Source: Microgenomates group bacterium (GTDB taxonomy: Bacteria; Patescibacteriota; Microgenomatia; UBA8517). From it: a stretch of DNA of 60,500 bases. Shown here one piece after another: positions 30,142-38,390 of this stretch (position 1 is its first letter; each line of letters begins with the position of its first letter). The position numbers and the translations under genes were made by a program. A model generated the notes under the pieces. It did no database searches. It worked only from the letters and a program-made list of their open reading frames with translations, and had not been told where the DNA came from. Where the stretch lies: contig JBAQKY010000025.1 in the NCBI GenBank assembly GCA_049301455.1, forward strand, positions 1-60,500, in the 5' to 3' direction.

Positions 30142-31017
30142 ATGGTATATTTAATTAGTATGATTTTCAGGAACAAAAAAAATCAATCTGGGCAAGCTGT
30201 TTTAATTGTTTTACTTTCACTATCTGTTGTTTTAATTGTTGTTCTTTTCATCATGTCGCGTTCTGTTACAGATATTTCACTTTCAACCAAAGAAGAAGAT
30301 TCACTGAGAGCTTTTTCAGCTGCCGAGGCGGGCGTTGAACGTGCCTTGGTTATCGGTAGTGGTTCGTCTGGTTCTGTTGATTCTGCAACTTTTGATGCCA
30401 CTGTTTCAAGTTTTGCACAGGGTTCAAGTAGTCTTGTTTTCCCAATAAGCCTAAAGTCTGGTGACAATGCAACTTTCTGGCTATCTAGAACAGGAGAAGT
30501 AACTAGTTTTACAGGAAGCCAAATTAAATATTGTTGGGGTGATTTAAATAGTACAACTGCAGTTCCTGCTCTTGAAATTACAATCTATTATACAAGTGCA
30601 GCTAGTCCAAACGATTTAAGTACTCTTAGAGTTGCAAGAGCAACATTAGATCCAGATGCCTCAAGAAGAGCAAATAACAACTTTGGAGTTCCAAGTAACA
30701 CTAATTGTGATATTGGAACAGATACATTTGAATATCAAGGCACATTAAATTTGGCTAGTTTAGGAATTTCAGGTTATGCAACTAGTGGTGTTTTAAAATA
30801 CACAACTGCAAAAATTTTGTATAACACAGTTGACGCTCATAAGGTTGGAATAGATGTTACAGGGACTGGGTCGACATTACCTTCTCAAGGAAATGAAATT
30901 GTTTCAGATGGATCTTTTGGAAATTCAAACAGAAAAGTACAAGTATATGAGTTACACCCAGAAGTACCACCAGTTTTTGCTAATGCAATCTTTAGTGCAT
31001 CTGGTATAGTTAAATAA
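30142..31017 (+). CDS. PilX-like pilus assembly protein (PilX N-terminal domain); alternative start at ATG 30160
   Basis: ...NQSGQAVLIVLLSLSVVLIVVLF...SLRAFSAAEAGVERAL, typical of the PilX_N pattern. Confidence 0.6.
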   Translation: MVYLISMIFRNKKNQSGQAVLIVLLSLSVVLIVVLFIMSRSVTDISLSTKEEDSLRAFSAAEAGVERALVIGSGSSGSVDSATFDATVSSFAQGSSSLVFPISLKSGDNATFWLSRTGEVTSFTGSQIKYCWGDLNSTTAVPALEITIYYTSAASPNDLSTLRVARATLDPDASRRANNNFGVPSNTNCDIGTDTFEYQGTLNLASLGISGYATSGVLKYTTAKILYNTVDAHKVGIDVTGTGSTLPSQGNEIVSDGSFGNSNRKVQVYELHPEVPPVFANAIFSASGIVK

Positions 31018-31031
31018 TATAGAAAGACTGC

Positions 31032-31080
31032 CCATATGGTAAGCGGAGCTTGTCATATGGTAATAGAAGAACCATATGAT
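31032..31080 (+). promoter_or_regulatory. Three spaced CATATG palindromes upstream of and overlapping the pilM start codon
   Basis: CATATGGTAA at 31033-31042 and 31054-31063 (21-nt period), plus CCATATGA at 31072-31079, which contains the pilM ATG (31076). Confidence 0.4.
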
Positions 31081-32083
31081 TGGAATAGATATTGGAACAA
31101 AAAGTATAAAAATAATTGAACTTGCCAAGAGTGGTGCAACGTGGCAAATGAAATCTTCAGGAGCAGTTGGCTACGCTGGTGTTTCACCTGATAAAGCACA
31201 AGATGACAAAGAACTTTCAGTAATAGCAGATGTTGTTAAAAAAATATTTACACAAATTGGTATAACTGCAAAGGACATAAACTTAGCACTTCCTGAATCA
31301 CTTGTCTTTACAAGAGTTATTAAGTTCCCATTACTTTCAGAAGAAGAAGTTGCTGCAGCTGTTAAGTGGGAAGCTGAACAGTACATTCCAATTCCTGTAA
31401 ATGAAGCTGTAATACAATACTCAATTTTAGAAAGAAATGAAGCTACTTCCCAAACATCAGTCTTGTTAGTTGCTGCCCCTAAGGCAATTGTTGAAAAATA
31501 TGTAAAAGTTGTAAGACTTGCAGGGTTAACACCTGTTGCAGCTGAAACAGAACTAACTGCCCTAGCCCGCGCTCTTTCACCTGACAAAGGTATCTCGCTT
31601 CTTTTAGATTTAGGTTCTTCTGCAACAGATATGTCAATTGTTAAAGATACACATGTTGTCTTTACAAGATCAATTCCAGTTGCTGGTGAAGCTTTTACTC
31701 GAGCAGTTTCCCAGGGTTTAAATATTACTCCACAGCAAGCTGAAGAGTATAAAAAGACATATGGTTTAGATGCTACCCAGCTTGAAGGTAAGGTTAAAGA
31801 TGCTCTACTACCTGTTTTCAGAATGGTAGTTGATGAAATAAAGAAAGCAATTCATTTCTACTCGACCGACGAAAAAGGAGAAACACCAACATCAGTAATC
31901 ATTACAGGAGGTGCTTCTGTTATGCCTGGTATCGTTCCATTTTTGACTGAATCACTTGGTATAGAAACTGTTGTGGGTGACCCATTTGTTAAATTAGCAC
32001 TTGATCCGGAAACAGCAAAAAGTTTAATGCCCTACTCCTCTATCTATGGTACTGCAATTGGACTTGCTATGAGAGAGGAATAA
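31076..32083 (+). CDS. pilM: Type IV pilus assembly protein PilM (actin-like ATPase fold)
   Basis: Motifs IGIDIGTKSIKIIEL, LLDLGSSATDMSIV and IITGGASVMPGI. Confidence 0.9.
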   Translation: MIGIDIGTKSIKIIELAKSGATWQMKSSGAVGYAGVSPDKAQDDKELSVIADVVKKIFTQIGITAKDINLALPESLVFTRVIKFPLLSEEEVAAAVKWEAEQYIPIPVNEAVIQYSILERNEATSQTSVLLVAAPKAIVEKYVKVVRLAGLTPVAAETELTALARALSPDKGISLLLDLGSSATDMSIVKDTHVVFTRSIPVAGEAFTRAVSQGLNITPQQAEEYKKTYGLDATQLEGKVKDALLPVFRMVVDEIKKAIHFYSTDEKGETPTSVIITGGASVMPGIVPFLTESLGIETVVGDPFVKLALDPETAKSLMPYSSIYGTAIGLAMREE

Positions 32084-32105
32084 TAGTTTCAATTCTAGAA
32101 AAGAT

Positions 32106-32657
32106 ATGGATAATAAGAATACTCCTAAAAAAATAAATTTAATTCCGAGTGAAATGGCTGTTCCAGCAACTGCTGTAAAACTTGCAAAACTATTAAACAA
32201 AATATCAGTTTTTGCTGTGATAGGTTTGATAATAACGTCATTAAGCGTTGCAGGACTATTTTTTTACTTTTCATCAGAAGTAACTAAACAAAATGAAAGG
32301 ATAGCTACCTTAAAAAATAAAATTACTTCCTTATCTCAAAATGAACAAAAGTTAGTACTGGCTAAGGATCGCCTTTCAAAAATTGGAGTGGTTCAGAAAG
32401 CGAAATCTGTTGGTGATGAGGTTGCAAGATTTAAGAAATTTTCAGAAGCTGTAGATACAACAGGTACCATTATTACTGAAGCCAACTTAAATTCAAAAGG
32501 GTCTGAGGTAACAATGCTTTCTCAGAATTCTGAAAGTCTTGCTTTGGTATTAAAACCTTTGTCAAAGATCGCAGATTATAAGACTGTGATATTAAGTTCG
32601 CTAGGATTTAATTCTGGAACAGGATTTATATCAACAATTAACTTGGAAATAGAATAA
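32106..32657 (+). CDS. pilN: PilN-like pilus assembly protein
   Basis: N-terminal KKINLIPSE (an INLLP-type PilM-binding motif), a single TM segment and a coiled coil. Positioned after pilM. Confidence 0.65.
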   Translation: MDNKNTPKKINLIPSEMAVPATAVKLAKLLNKISVFAVIGLIITSLSVAGLFFYFSSEVTKQNERIATLKNKITSLSQNEQKLVLAKDRLSKIGVVQKAKSVGDEVARFKKFSEAVDTTGTIITEANLNSKGSEVTMLSQNSESLALVLKPLSKIADYKTVILSSLGFNSGTGFISTINLEIE

Positions 32658-32667
32658 TTAAAAAAAT

Positions 32668-33345
32668 ATGGATACAAACACAAAATCACAAATTAATTTT
32701 ATAGCCAAACCTGCAGCTATTTTAGGTGTAATTGTTTTGTTATTTATTTTAGTTTTGACTTTTGGAATGAAACAAATAACGACTGTCAGAACCAAGATTG
32801 CTGCAGGCAATAAATCAGAAGCTACTCTAAGGCAAAAAGCTCAAACACTTGAGACAGTTGCAGAAATTTTACCTGGCGATGTCACGTTCTTGGATGTTGT
32901 TTTACCTAGCAAAGGATCAGTCCTTTATGGCTTAAGTCAAATTAAGAATCAAGCTTTATCTAATAGTATTGCGCTTTCGAGCCTTAAGACTGGAACGCAA
33001 ATACCAGAAAGTGATGGAGTATCAAAAATATCAATCAGTTTTGATGCTGAAGGAGAAGAACAAAGCATTTATAACTTTTTAAACTCATTTTCAAAGCTTC
33101 TACCTTTAATGAATGTTGATAAAGTTAGTTTAAATAAATCTGGAGATTTGGCTCGCGCAAGCGTTTCTGTTAGTGTTTATTCTTCAGAATTGCCAAAGAA
33201 GATACCAGCTCTGACTGAATCGGTCAAAGAATTAACTAAAGATGAAATTGCAACACTTACTGAATTAGCAACATATGGTATGCCTCAATTTGTCGAGCCA
33301 GAAGCTGCAAATTCGAATTCAACAAAAACTGATCCGTTTAATTAA
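32668..33345 (+). CDS. PilO-like pilus assembly protein, called by position and architecture
   Basis: Single TM segment plus a coiled coil, immediately after the pilN-like gene. Confidence 0.5.
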   Translation: MDTNTKSQINFIAKPAAILGVIVLLFILVLTFGMKQITTVRTKIAAGNKSEATLRQKAQTLETVAEILPGDVTFLDVVLPSKGSVLYGLSQIKNQALSNSIALSSLKTGTQIPESDGVSKISISFDAEGEEQSIYNFLNSFSKLLPLMNVDKVSLNKSGDLARASVSVSVYSSELPKKIPALTESVKELTKDEIATLTELATYGMPQFVEPEAANSNSTKTDPFN

Positions 33346-33358
33346 TAATTTCTACAAA

Positions 33359-33385
33359 AATAATTAAAAAACTTTTTTAATTATT
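33359..33385. terminator. AT-only palindrome between convergent genes; possible weak bidirectional terminator
   Basis: AATAATTAAAAAA-c-TTTTTTAATTATT. Confidence 0.3.
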
Positions 33386-33620
33386 AAACTTGAGGGTTAA
33401 CAAGAAGGATAATTTTCTTTTTATCTAGTGTTGCTTTGATTCTTAAAATATTTCTAATTGCTTTAATAACTTTTCCGCCTTTGCCAATTACCATCCCGCC
33501 TTCATCTTCTGCTGTTTTGACAGTTAATTTAACAATGGATCCATCATCTTCTTCAATTATTTCATACTTTGAGTCTTTACCTAGTAAATTTCTTAAAATG
33601 AAGTCTAATAGTTCTTTCAT
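33384..33620 (-). CDS. khpA: KH-domain RNA-binding protein (YlqC/KhpA-like)
   Basis: 78 aa with the VIGKGGKVIKAIR (GxxG) motif. Positioned next to rpsP as in many bacteria. Confidence 0.85.
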   Translation of the reverse strand: MKELLDFILRNLLGKDSKYEIIEEDDGSIVKLTVKTAEDEGGMVIGKGGKVIKAIRNILRIKATLDKKKIILLVNPQV

Positions 33621-33631
33621 ATATTAATAGA

Positions 33632-33862
33632 TTATTTCTTTAGAGCTAATACTTTTTTGACACCTTCTGTAAGAATTGCACCTTTTTTAACCCATTCATC
33701 AAAAAGACCTTTGTCTAATTCGTGAGTTTTAAGTTTTGGATCATATCTACCAATAACACCAAGATTTTTACCATCTCTTTTGCTTTTTGTTGGAGCAGCA
33801 ATGATACGATAGTATGGACTGTTTTTGGCTCCTACTCTTGCTAATTTAATTGAAACTGACAT
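33632..33862 (-). CDS. rpsP: 30S ribosomal protein S16
   Basis: MSVSIKLARVGAKNSPYYRIIAAPTKSKRDGK. Confidence 0.95.
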   Translation of the reverse strand: MSVSIKLARVGAKNSPYYRIIAAPTKSKRDGKNLGVIGRYDPKLKTHELDKGLFDEWVKKGAILTEGVKKVLALKK

Positions 33863-33896
33863 ATTAAGTGTTTATTTTACCACAACGTGGCAAATT

Positions 33897-34550
33897 CTAT
33901 TTTACCACAGAATTTAAAGCGTTGGAAGCTGCATCTTGTTCTGCTTCTGATTTACTTTTACCAATTCCTTTGGCAGCTGGTTGGCCATTTACTATAACTT
34001 CGACTGTAAATATTTTGTTATGATCTGGGCCTTCCTCAGATATTACCTGATACTTTGGTGCAGGTAGGCTTTGTGATTGAACTTTCTCTTGCAATAAACT
34101 TTTTGGATCTTTTAATGGTAATGATGCTTTTTTATCCACATCGATAAGAATATTTTCTTCAATAAATTTTTGTGAACTTTCAATTCCTTGATCTAAAAAT
34201 AACGCACCAATTATTGCCTCAACAGTATCTGCTAAGAGTGAAGCATTTGTTCTACCTCCTCCATCTTCCTCACCTTTAGATAAAAATATCTCTGCTCCTA
34301 TATTTAATTTTTCTGCAACTTGGCTTAAATTTTTTGTATTAACTAAGTTTGCACGAAGTGCTGTTAAGTAACCTTCTTCTTCGTTAGGAAATTTCTCATA
34401 GATTGCTTTTGAAACAACAAATTCCAACACTGCATCACCCAAAAACTCAAGACGTTCATTTGTGCCACGGTTTCCATCGTTTTCATTAACCCAAGACCTA
34501 TGGGTTAATGCTTGCAAATATAGATTTTGATTTTGAAATAGTTTGTTCAT
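33897..34550 (-). CDS. rnc: Ribonuclease III
   Basis: NERLEFLGDAVLEFVVS signature, EAIIGALFLD, and a C-terminal dsRBD (GPDHNKIFTVEV...GKSKSEAEQDAA). Confidence 0.93.
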   Translation of the reverse strand: MNKLFQNQNLYLQALTHRSWVNENDGNRGTNERLEFLGDAVLEFVVSKAIYEKFPNEEEGYLTALRANLVNTKNLSQVAEKLNIGAEIFLSKGEEDGGGRTNASLLADTVEAIIGALFLDQGIESSQKFIEENILIDVDKKASLPLKDPKSLLQEKVQSQSLPAPKYQVISEEGPDHNKIFTVEVIVNGQPAAKGIGKSKSEAEQDAASNALNSVVK

Positions 34551-34561
34551 TTTTTTAAAAT

Positions 34562-34927
34562 TTACTTTTTTGAATTAATAATATTTTCATAGATTGTACC
34601 CAGTACCCCATTTACAAAGGATCCTGATGATTCAGAACCAAATTCTTTTGCAAGTTCAACTGCTTCATCGATTATGACTTTAGGAGGTGTATCCTCATTC
34701 ATCAATTCAAAAATGGCTAAATGTAGAACTGCTAAATCAATTTTATTTATCTTGTCAATTGGCCAAGTTGGTGCTGAGTCAACAATTATTTTATTTAATT
34801 TCTTTTGTTGTTTTTCAATTTTAACAACTAGGTCGGGAATGTTTTTTTGTTTTGTGAAGCTTTCTGCAAATAAAGATTTAATTGCATCTCTTCTCCTTAA
34901 ATGTCTTGGATCAGTTGCAGTCTTCAT
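34562..34927 (-). CDS. nusB: Transcription antitermination factor NusB
   Basis: 121 aa with DLAVLHLAIFEL...PPKVIIDEAVELAKEFGSESSGSFVNGVL. Confidence 0.88.
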   Translation of the reverse strand: MKTATDPRHLRRRDAIKSLFAESFTKQKNIPDLVVKIEKQQKKLNKIIVDSAPTWPIDKINKIDLAVLHLAIFELMNEDTPPKVIIDEAVELAKEFGSESSGSFVNGVLGTIYENIINSKK

Positions 34928-34974
34928 ATTAATGGTAAGTATACAAGGAAACTAAGAAAAAGTGATGAGTCAAA

Positions 34975-35133
34975 TTACGATTTGTATGTTCCACAATGAG
35001 GACATGCTTTGTGTGGTTCTCTTAACTTTCCACAGCTTGGACATTTTGAAATGCCAGCAATAGCAGCTTTGAATGTGCTTCTTCTTCTGGTTGTTCGTCC
35101 GTGACTATGTTTCTTCTTTGGTAGTGGCGCCAT
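34975..35133 (-). CDS. rpmF: 50S ribosomal protein L32, 52 aa, below the ORF-track cutoff
   Basis: Manual translation: MAPLPKKKHSHGRTTRRRSTFKAAIAGISKCPSCGKLREPHKACPHCGTYKS. It has a basic N-terminus and a CxxC...CxxC zinc ribbon. Confidence 0.9.
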   Translation of the reverse strand: MAPLPKKKHSHGRTTRRRSTFKAAIAGISKCPSCGKLREPHKACPHCGTYKS

Positions 35134-35141
35134 AGTTGTGA

Positions 35142-37061
35142 TTATACATTGTTTACAGCCTCTGATGCAAGCTTAATTATTTTAGTCTGCGACCAGTCTG
35201 CAATTTTTAAGTTTCCAAAACCGCTTTGTTTAGTTCCTAGTACATCTCCCGCTCCACGAAGTTGTAAATCCATTTCTGCCAATTCAAAACCTGAAGATGT
35301 TGTTGTTAGAGTGGTCAATCTTTGTATAGCTTTCTCTGAGTCATTTTCTGTAAATAACAAACAATATGATTCTTTTGTTCCTCTGCCCACCCTACCTCTT
35401 AACTGATGCAGTTGAGCTAAGCCGAATCTGTCAGCTCCTTCAATTAACATTATTGTTGCATTAGGAATGTCTATGCCAACTTCAACTACAGGTGTTGAAA
35501 CTAAGATGTCTATTTTACCTTCCTTAAAGTTGCCCAAAACCTCATTTTTCTCTTTCTCTTTAAGTTTTCCGTGTAGTAAGCCTAATTTAAAATCTTCAAA
35601 TATGGACTTTAAATTGTCAAACTCTTTTTTGACAGATTTAACATCTTTTAAGCTCTCAGTTTCAGACTCTTCAACCAATGGACAGATAACAAAAATTTGA
35701 GATTTGTTATTTTTTATTTGTTCACTAATCCAATTGTAAGCACCATCTCTTTTTTGATTAGGTACTAACCATGTTTTTATTTTTTGTCTATCTTTAGGTA
35801 ATTCATTAATAATTGATAAATCCATATCTGAGAATAATGTTTGTGCTATTGTTCTCGGAATTGGCGTTGCTGTCATCGTTAACTTGTTAGGGTTGTACTT
35901 TTTAAGGAATTCTATTTGTTTAACTCCAAATTTGTGTTGTTCATCAATTACGATTAATCCTACTTTGTTAAATTCACTTATTTTATTGAGCAACGCATGT
36001 GTACCAACAACAATATCTGCTATACCAACATCCCTTTTAACAACTGACCCTGTAATTAGTGATATTCGAATTTTGAAGTTGTTAAATACTTTCTTTAATG
36101 TTTCATAATGTTGGTTTGCTAAAATTTGAGTTGGTGCCATAACAACTGTCTGATATCCATTTAAAAAAGTTACAAATGCAGAAACAGCAGCTACAACTGT
36201 CTTTCCACTTCCAACATCACCCTGAAGAAGTCTATTCATTGAAGTCTTTTTATTTAAATCAGATAGTATCTCAGCAATAACTTTTTCTTGAGCAGCTGTT
36301 AATTTAAACGGAAGAGAATCAATAAATTCATTTAATAACTTATCGTCTATTTCTAATTTGATACTTTTCTTGTGAGTCAAGTTGGCTTTTCGTTCTTTAG
36401 CAGTACGTAAAAGATCGTAAAACTCGTTAAAAGCTAGGCGGTCCTTTGCCTTTTTTGCTTCGTCTAAACTATTTGGAAAGTGTATATTTCTGATAGCTTG
36501 GTCGAAGCTTGGCATACCTGATCTGTCTTTTAAAAATTCATCAATTGTAATTCTGTCTAGAACGTATTTAATTCTTGCCTTAATCCATTTAGATGAAAGT
36601 CCTGCTGTTTCTGGATATACCCCTACAATCTTTCCTGTATGTACAGTCTCGTGGTTATCTTCAATTTTTTCGTATTGTGGTGAAAAAAAAGCAGGTTTGC
36701 CTGCAAACCAAGAAAGCTCACCTGATATCGCAATTTTGATTCCAGGAAATAACATCCTAGTTAAAAATGGTTGTGAAAACCATGCAATAGACACCTTGCC
36801 TGTTTCGTCTTCAATTTGACCAATTTGCATTAGCCTACCTGCTTTTGTGGATTGATTTCTAATTGATGTAATAGTTCCAATTACAGTTACTACTTCGCCA
36901 ACTTTTACCTCACTTATCTTTGTAATTTTACTGAAGTCTAAGTATCTGTGTGGAATATGGTGAAGTAAATCAGAAATAGTTAATATCCCAAGTTTTTCTA
37001 ATTTTTTCTCATAATTAGGACCAACAAATGGAAGTGAGGATACTGAATCAGTTAGATTCAT
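35142..37061 (-). CDS. recG: ATP-dependent DNA helicase RecG
   Basis: OB/wedge domain, then LQGDVGSGKT (Walker A), IVIDEQHKFG (DEQH), TATPIPRT and QLRGRVGRG. Confidence 0.92.
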   Translation of the reverse strand: MNLTDSVSSLPFVGPNYEKKLEKLGILTISDLLHHIPHRYLDFSKITKISEVKVGEVVTVIGTITSIRNQSTKAGRLMQIGQIEDETGKVSIAWFSQPFLTRMLFPGIKIAISGELSWFAGKPAFFSPQYEKIEDNHETVHTGKIVGVYPETAGLSSKWIKARIKYVLDRITIDEFLKDRSGMPSFDQAIRNIHFPNSLDEAKKAKDRLAFNEFYDLLRTAKERKANLTHKKSIKLEIDDKLLNEFIDSLPFKLTAAQEKVIAEILSDLNKKTSMNRLLQGDVGSGKTVVAAVSAFVTFLNGYQTVVMAPTQILANQHYETLKKVFNNFKIRISLITGSVVKRDVGIADIVVGTHALLNKISEFNKVGLIVIDEQHKFGVKQIEFLKKYNPNKLTMTATPIPRTIAQTLFSDMDLSIINELPKDRQKIKTWLVPNQKRDGAYNWISEQIKNNKSQIFVICPLVEESETESLKDVKSVKKEFDNLKSIFEDFKLGLLHGKLKEKEKNEVLGNFKEGKIDILVSTPVVEVGIDIPNATIMLIEGADRFGLAQLHQLRGRVGRGTKESYCLLFTENDSEKAIQRLTTLTTTSSGFELAEMDLQLRGAGDVLGTKQSGFGNLKIADWSQTKIIKLASEAVNNV

Positions 37062-37070
37062 ATTTTTAAT

Positions 37071-37172
37071 TTAAAGATAAACAAAGAATGGAATAAAGGT
37101 TCCTGCCAAAAGTGCAATTCCTGAAAGGATAACAATTACTTTAAATATTTTTTTGTGTGTTTTAGGTGACAT
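37071..37172 (-). CDS. Possible 33-aa membrane micro-protein
   Basis: Manual translation: MSPKTHKKIFKVIVILSGIALLAGTFIPFFVYL. It fills the tyrS-recG gap. No other support. Confidence 0.25.
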   Translation of the reverse strand: MSPKTHKKIFKVIVILSGIALLAGTFIPFFVYL

Positions 37173-37184
37173 ATTAATTATTAT

Positions 37185-38345
37185 TTAGACAAGTATACCA
37201 AATATCTTTTTTCCAATCTTGATTCTGTCACCTTTTTTAATTTTGTAATTAAGATCACTTACAGCATCACCATTAATTGTTAGTCCTCCTTGTTGGATTA
37301 ATCTTTTTGCGTCTCCTGCAGACTTTAAATTAGTAAAAGGTGCAATTGTTTCAACAAGTGATTTATTAATTTTAATTTCTTGTGTGTATTCAGGTTCTTT
37401 TTTGGCAAAGGATTTCTCAAAATTATTTTTAGCCTTTATGGCTTCTCTTTTGTTAGTCAACTCTGTCGCAATTATTAAGGCTAAATCCTTTTTGATGTGT
37501 GATGGGTTTACTCCAGCTTTTAGTGCTTTTTTAACTTCTCCTATTTTTTCAATGCTTGCTGATGTGGCATTTTCAAAGTATTCAATAATTAAATTATCTG
37601 GAAGTGACATTGTTTTGCCAAAAATTTCATCAGCAGAATCTGAAAGCCAAATAGCATTGCCCCAACTTTTACTCATTTTCCTACCGTCCGTTCCTGTTAA
37701 ATATCCAGTAACAATAACAAATGATTCTTTGTTTCGTAATCTGCTTTGCAGATTTCTTCCCGCCTGCATGTTAAATGTTTGGTCTGCTCCGCCAATTTGT
37801 ATATCAGTATCTAAAATATAACTATCATAGCCTTGCATAACTGGATATAAAGCTTCGTGTAGCCCAACTCTCTTTTTATCAGTTAATCTCTTTTTGATTA
37901 ATTCACGTCCTGCAAATTCTCCAAATGAAAATTCTTGGCATAACTTGACAATCTCTGAAAATTTTAATTTTGATAACCAAGAACTATTGAATTTAACAGT
38001 TACTTTAGAAAAATCTAATATTTTGCTTGCCTGTTTTTTATATGTTTTGAAATTATCTTTAATCTGTTGGTATGTTAATACTGGACGTTCTGTATCTTTG
38101 TCTGAGGTGTCCCCAATTAGTGCGGTGAAGTCACCGATTAAAAAGGTCACATCGTGACCAAGATCAACAAATTCTTGCAATTTTTTCAAAGCAACAGCAT
38201 GGCCAATGTGAATTCTTGTTGCTGTTGGATCAATACCTAAATAGACGTTTAACTTTTTCCCACTTTTAAGTAAATCTTCAAGTATTTGTTTGTTTGGGAT
38301 TATGTTTGTAACTCTTCTTGTTAGAATCTCTTCTATATTTGCCAT
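37185..38345 (-). CDS. tyrS: Tyrosyl-tRNA synthetase
   Basis: HIGH motif (TRIHIGHAV), KMSKS motif (GRKMSKSWGN) and a C-terminal S4-like domain. Confidence 0.95.
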   Translation of the reverse strand: MANIEEILTRRVTNIIPNKQILEDLLKSGKKLNVYLGIDPTATRIHIGHAVALKKLQEFVDLGHDVTFLIGDFTALIGDTSDKDTERPVLTYQQIKDNFKTYKKQASKILDFSKVTVKFNSSWLSKLKFSEIVKLCQEFSFGEFAGRELIKKRLTDKKRVGLHEALYPVMQGYDSYILDTDIQIGGADQTFNMQAGRNLQSRLRNKESFVIVTGYLTGTDGRKMSKSWGNAIWLSDSADEIFGKTMSLPDNLIIEYFENATSASIEKIGEVKKALKAGVNPSHIKKDLALIIATELTNKREAIKAKNNFEKSFAKKEPEYTQEIKINKSLVETIAPFTNLKSAGDAKRLIQQGGLTINGDAVSDLNYKIKKGDRIKIGKKIFGILV

Positions 38346-38351
38346 ACTTTG

Positions 38352-38380
38352 ATTCTAGACGTATGGAGATGTAGATTCAA
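38352..38380 (-). promoter_or_regulatory. tyrS promoter: TTGAAT, 17-nt spacer, TAGAAT, with ATG 6 nt downstream (leaderless geometry)
   Basis: The reverse complement of 38375-38380 is TTGAAT and of 38352-38357 is TAGAAT. ATG at 38345-38343. Confidence 0.55.
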
Positions 38381-38390
38381 GTATGATAAT

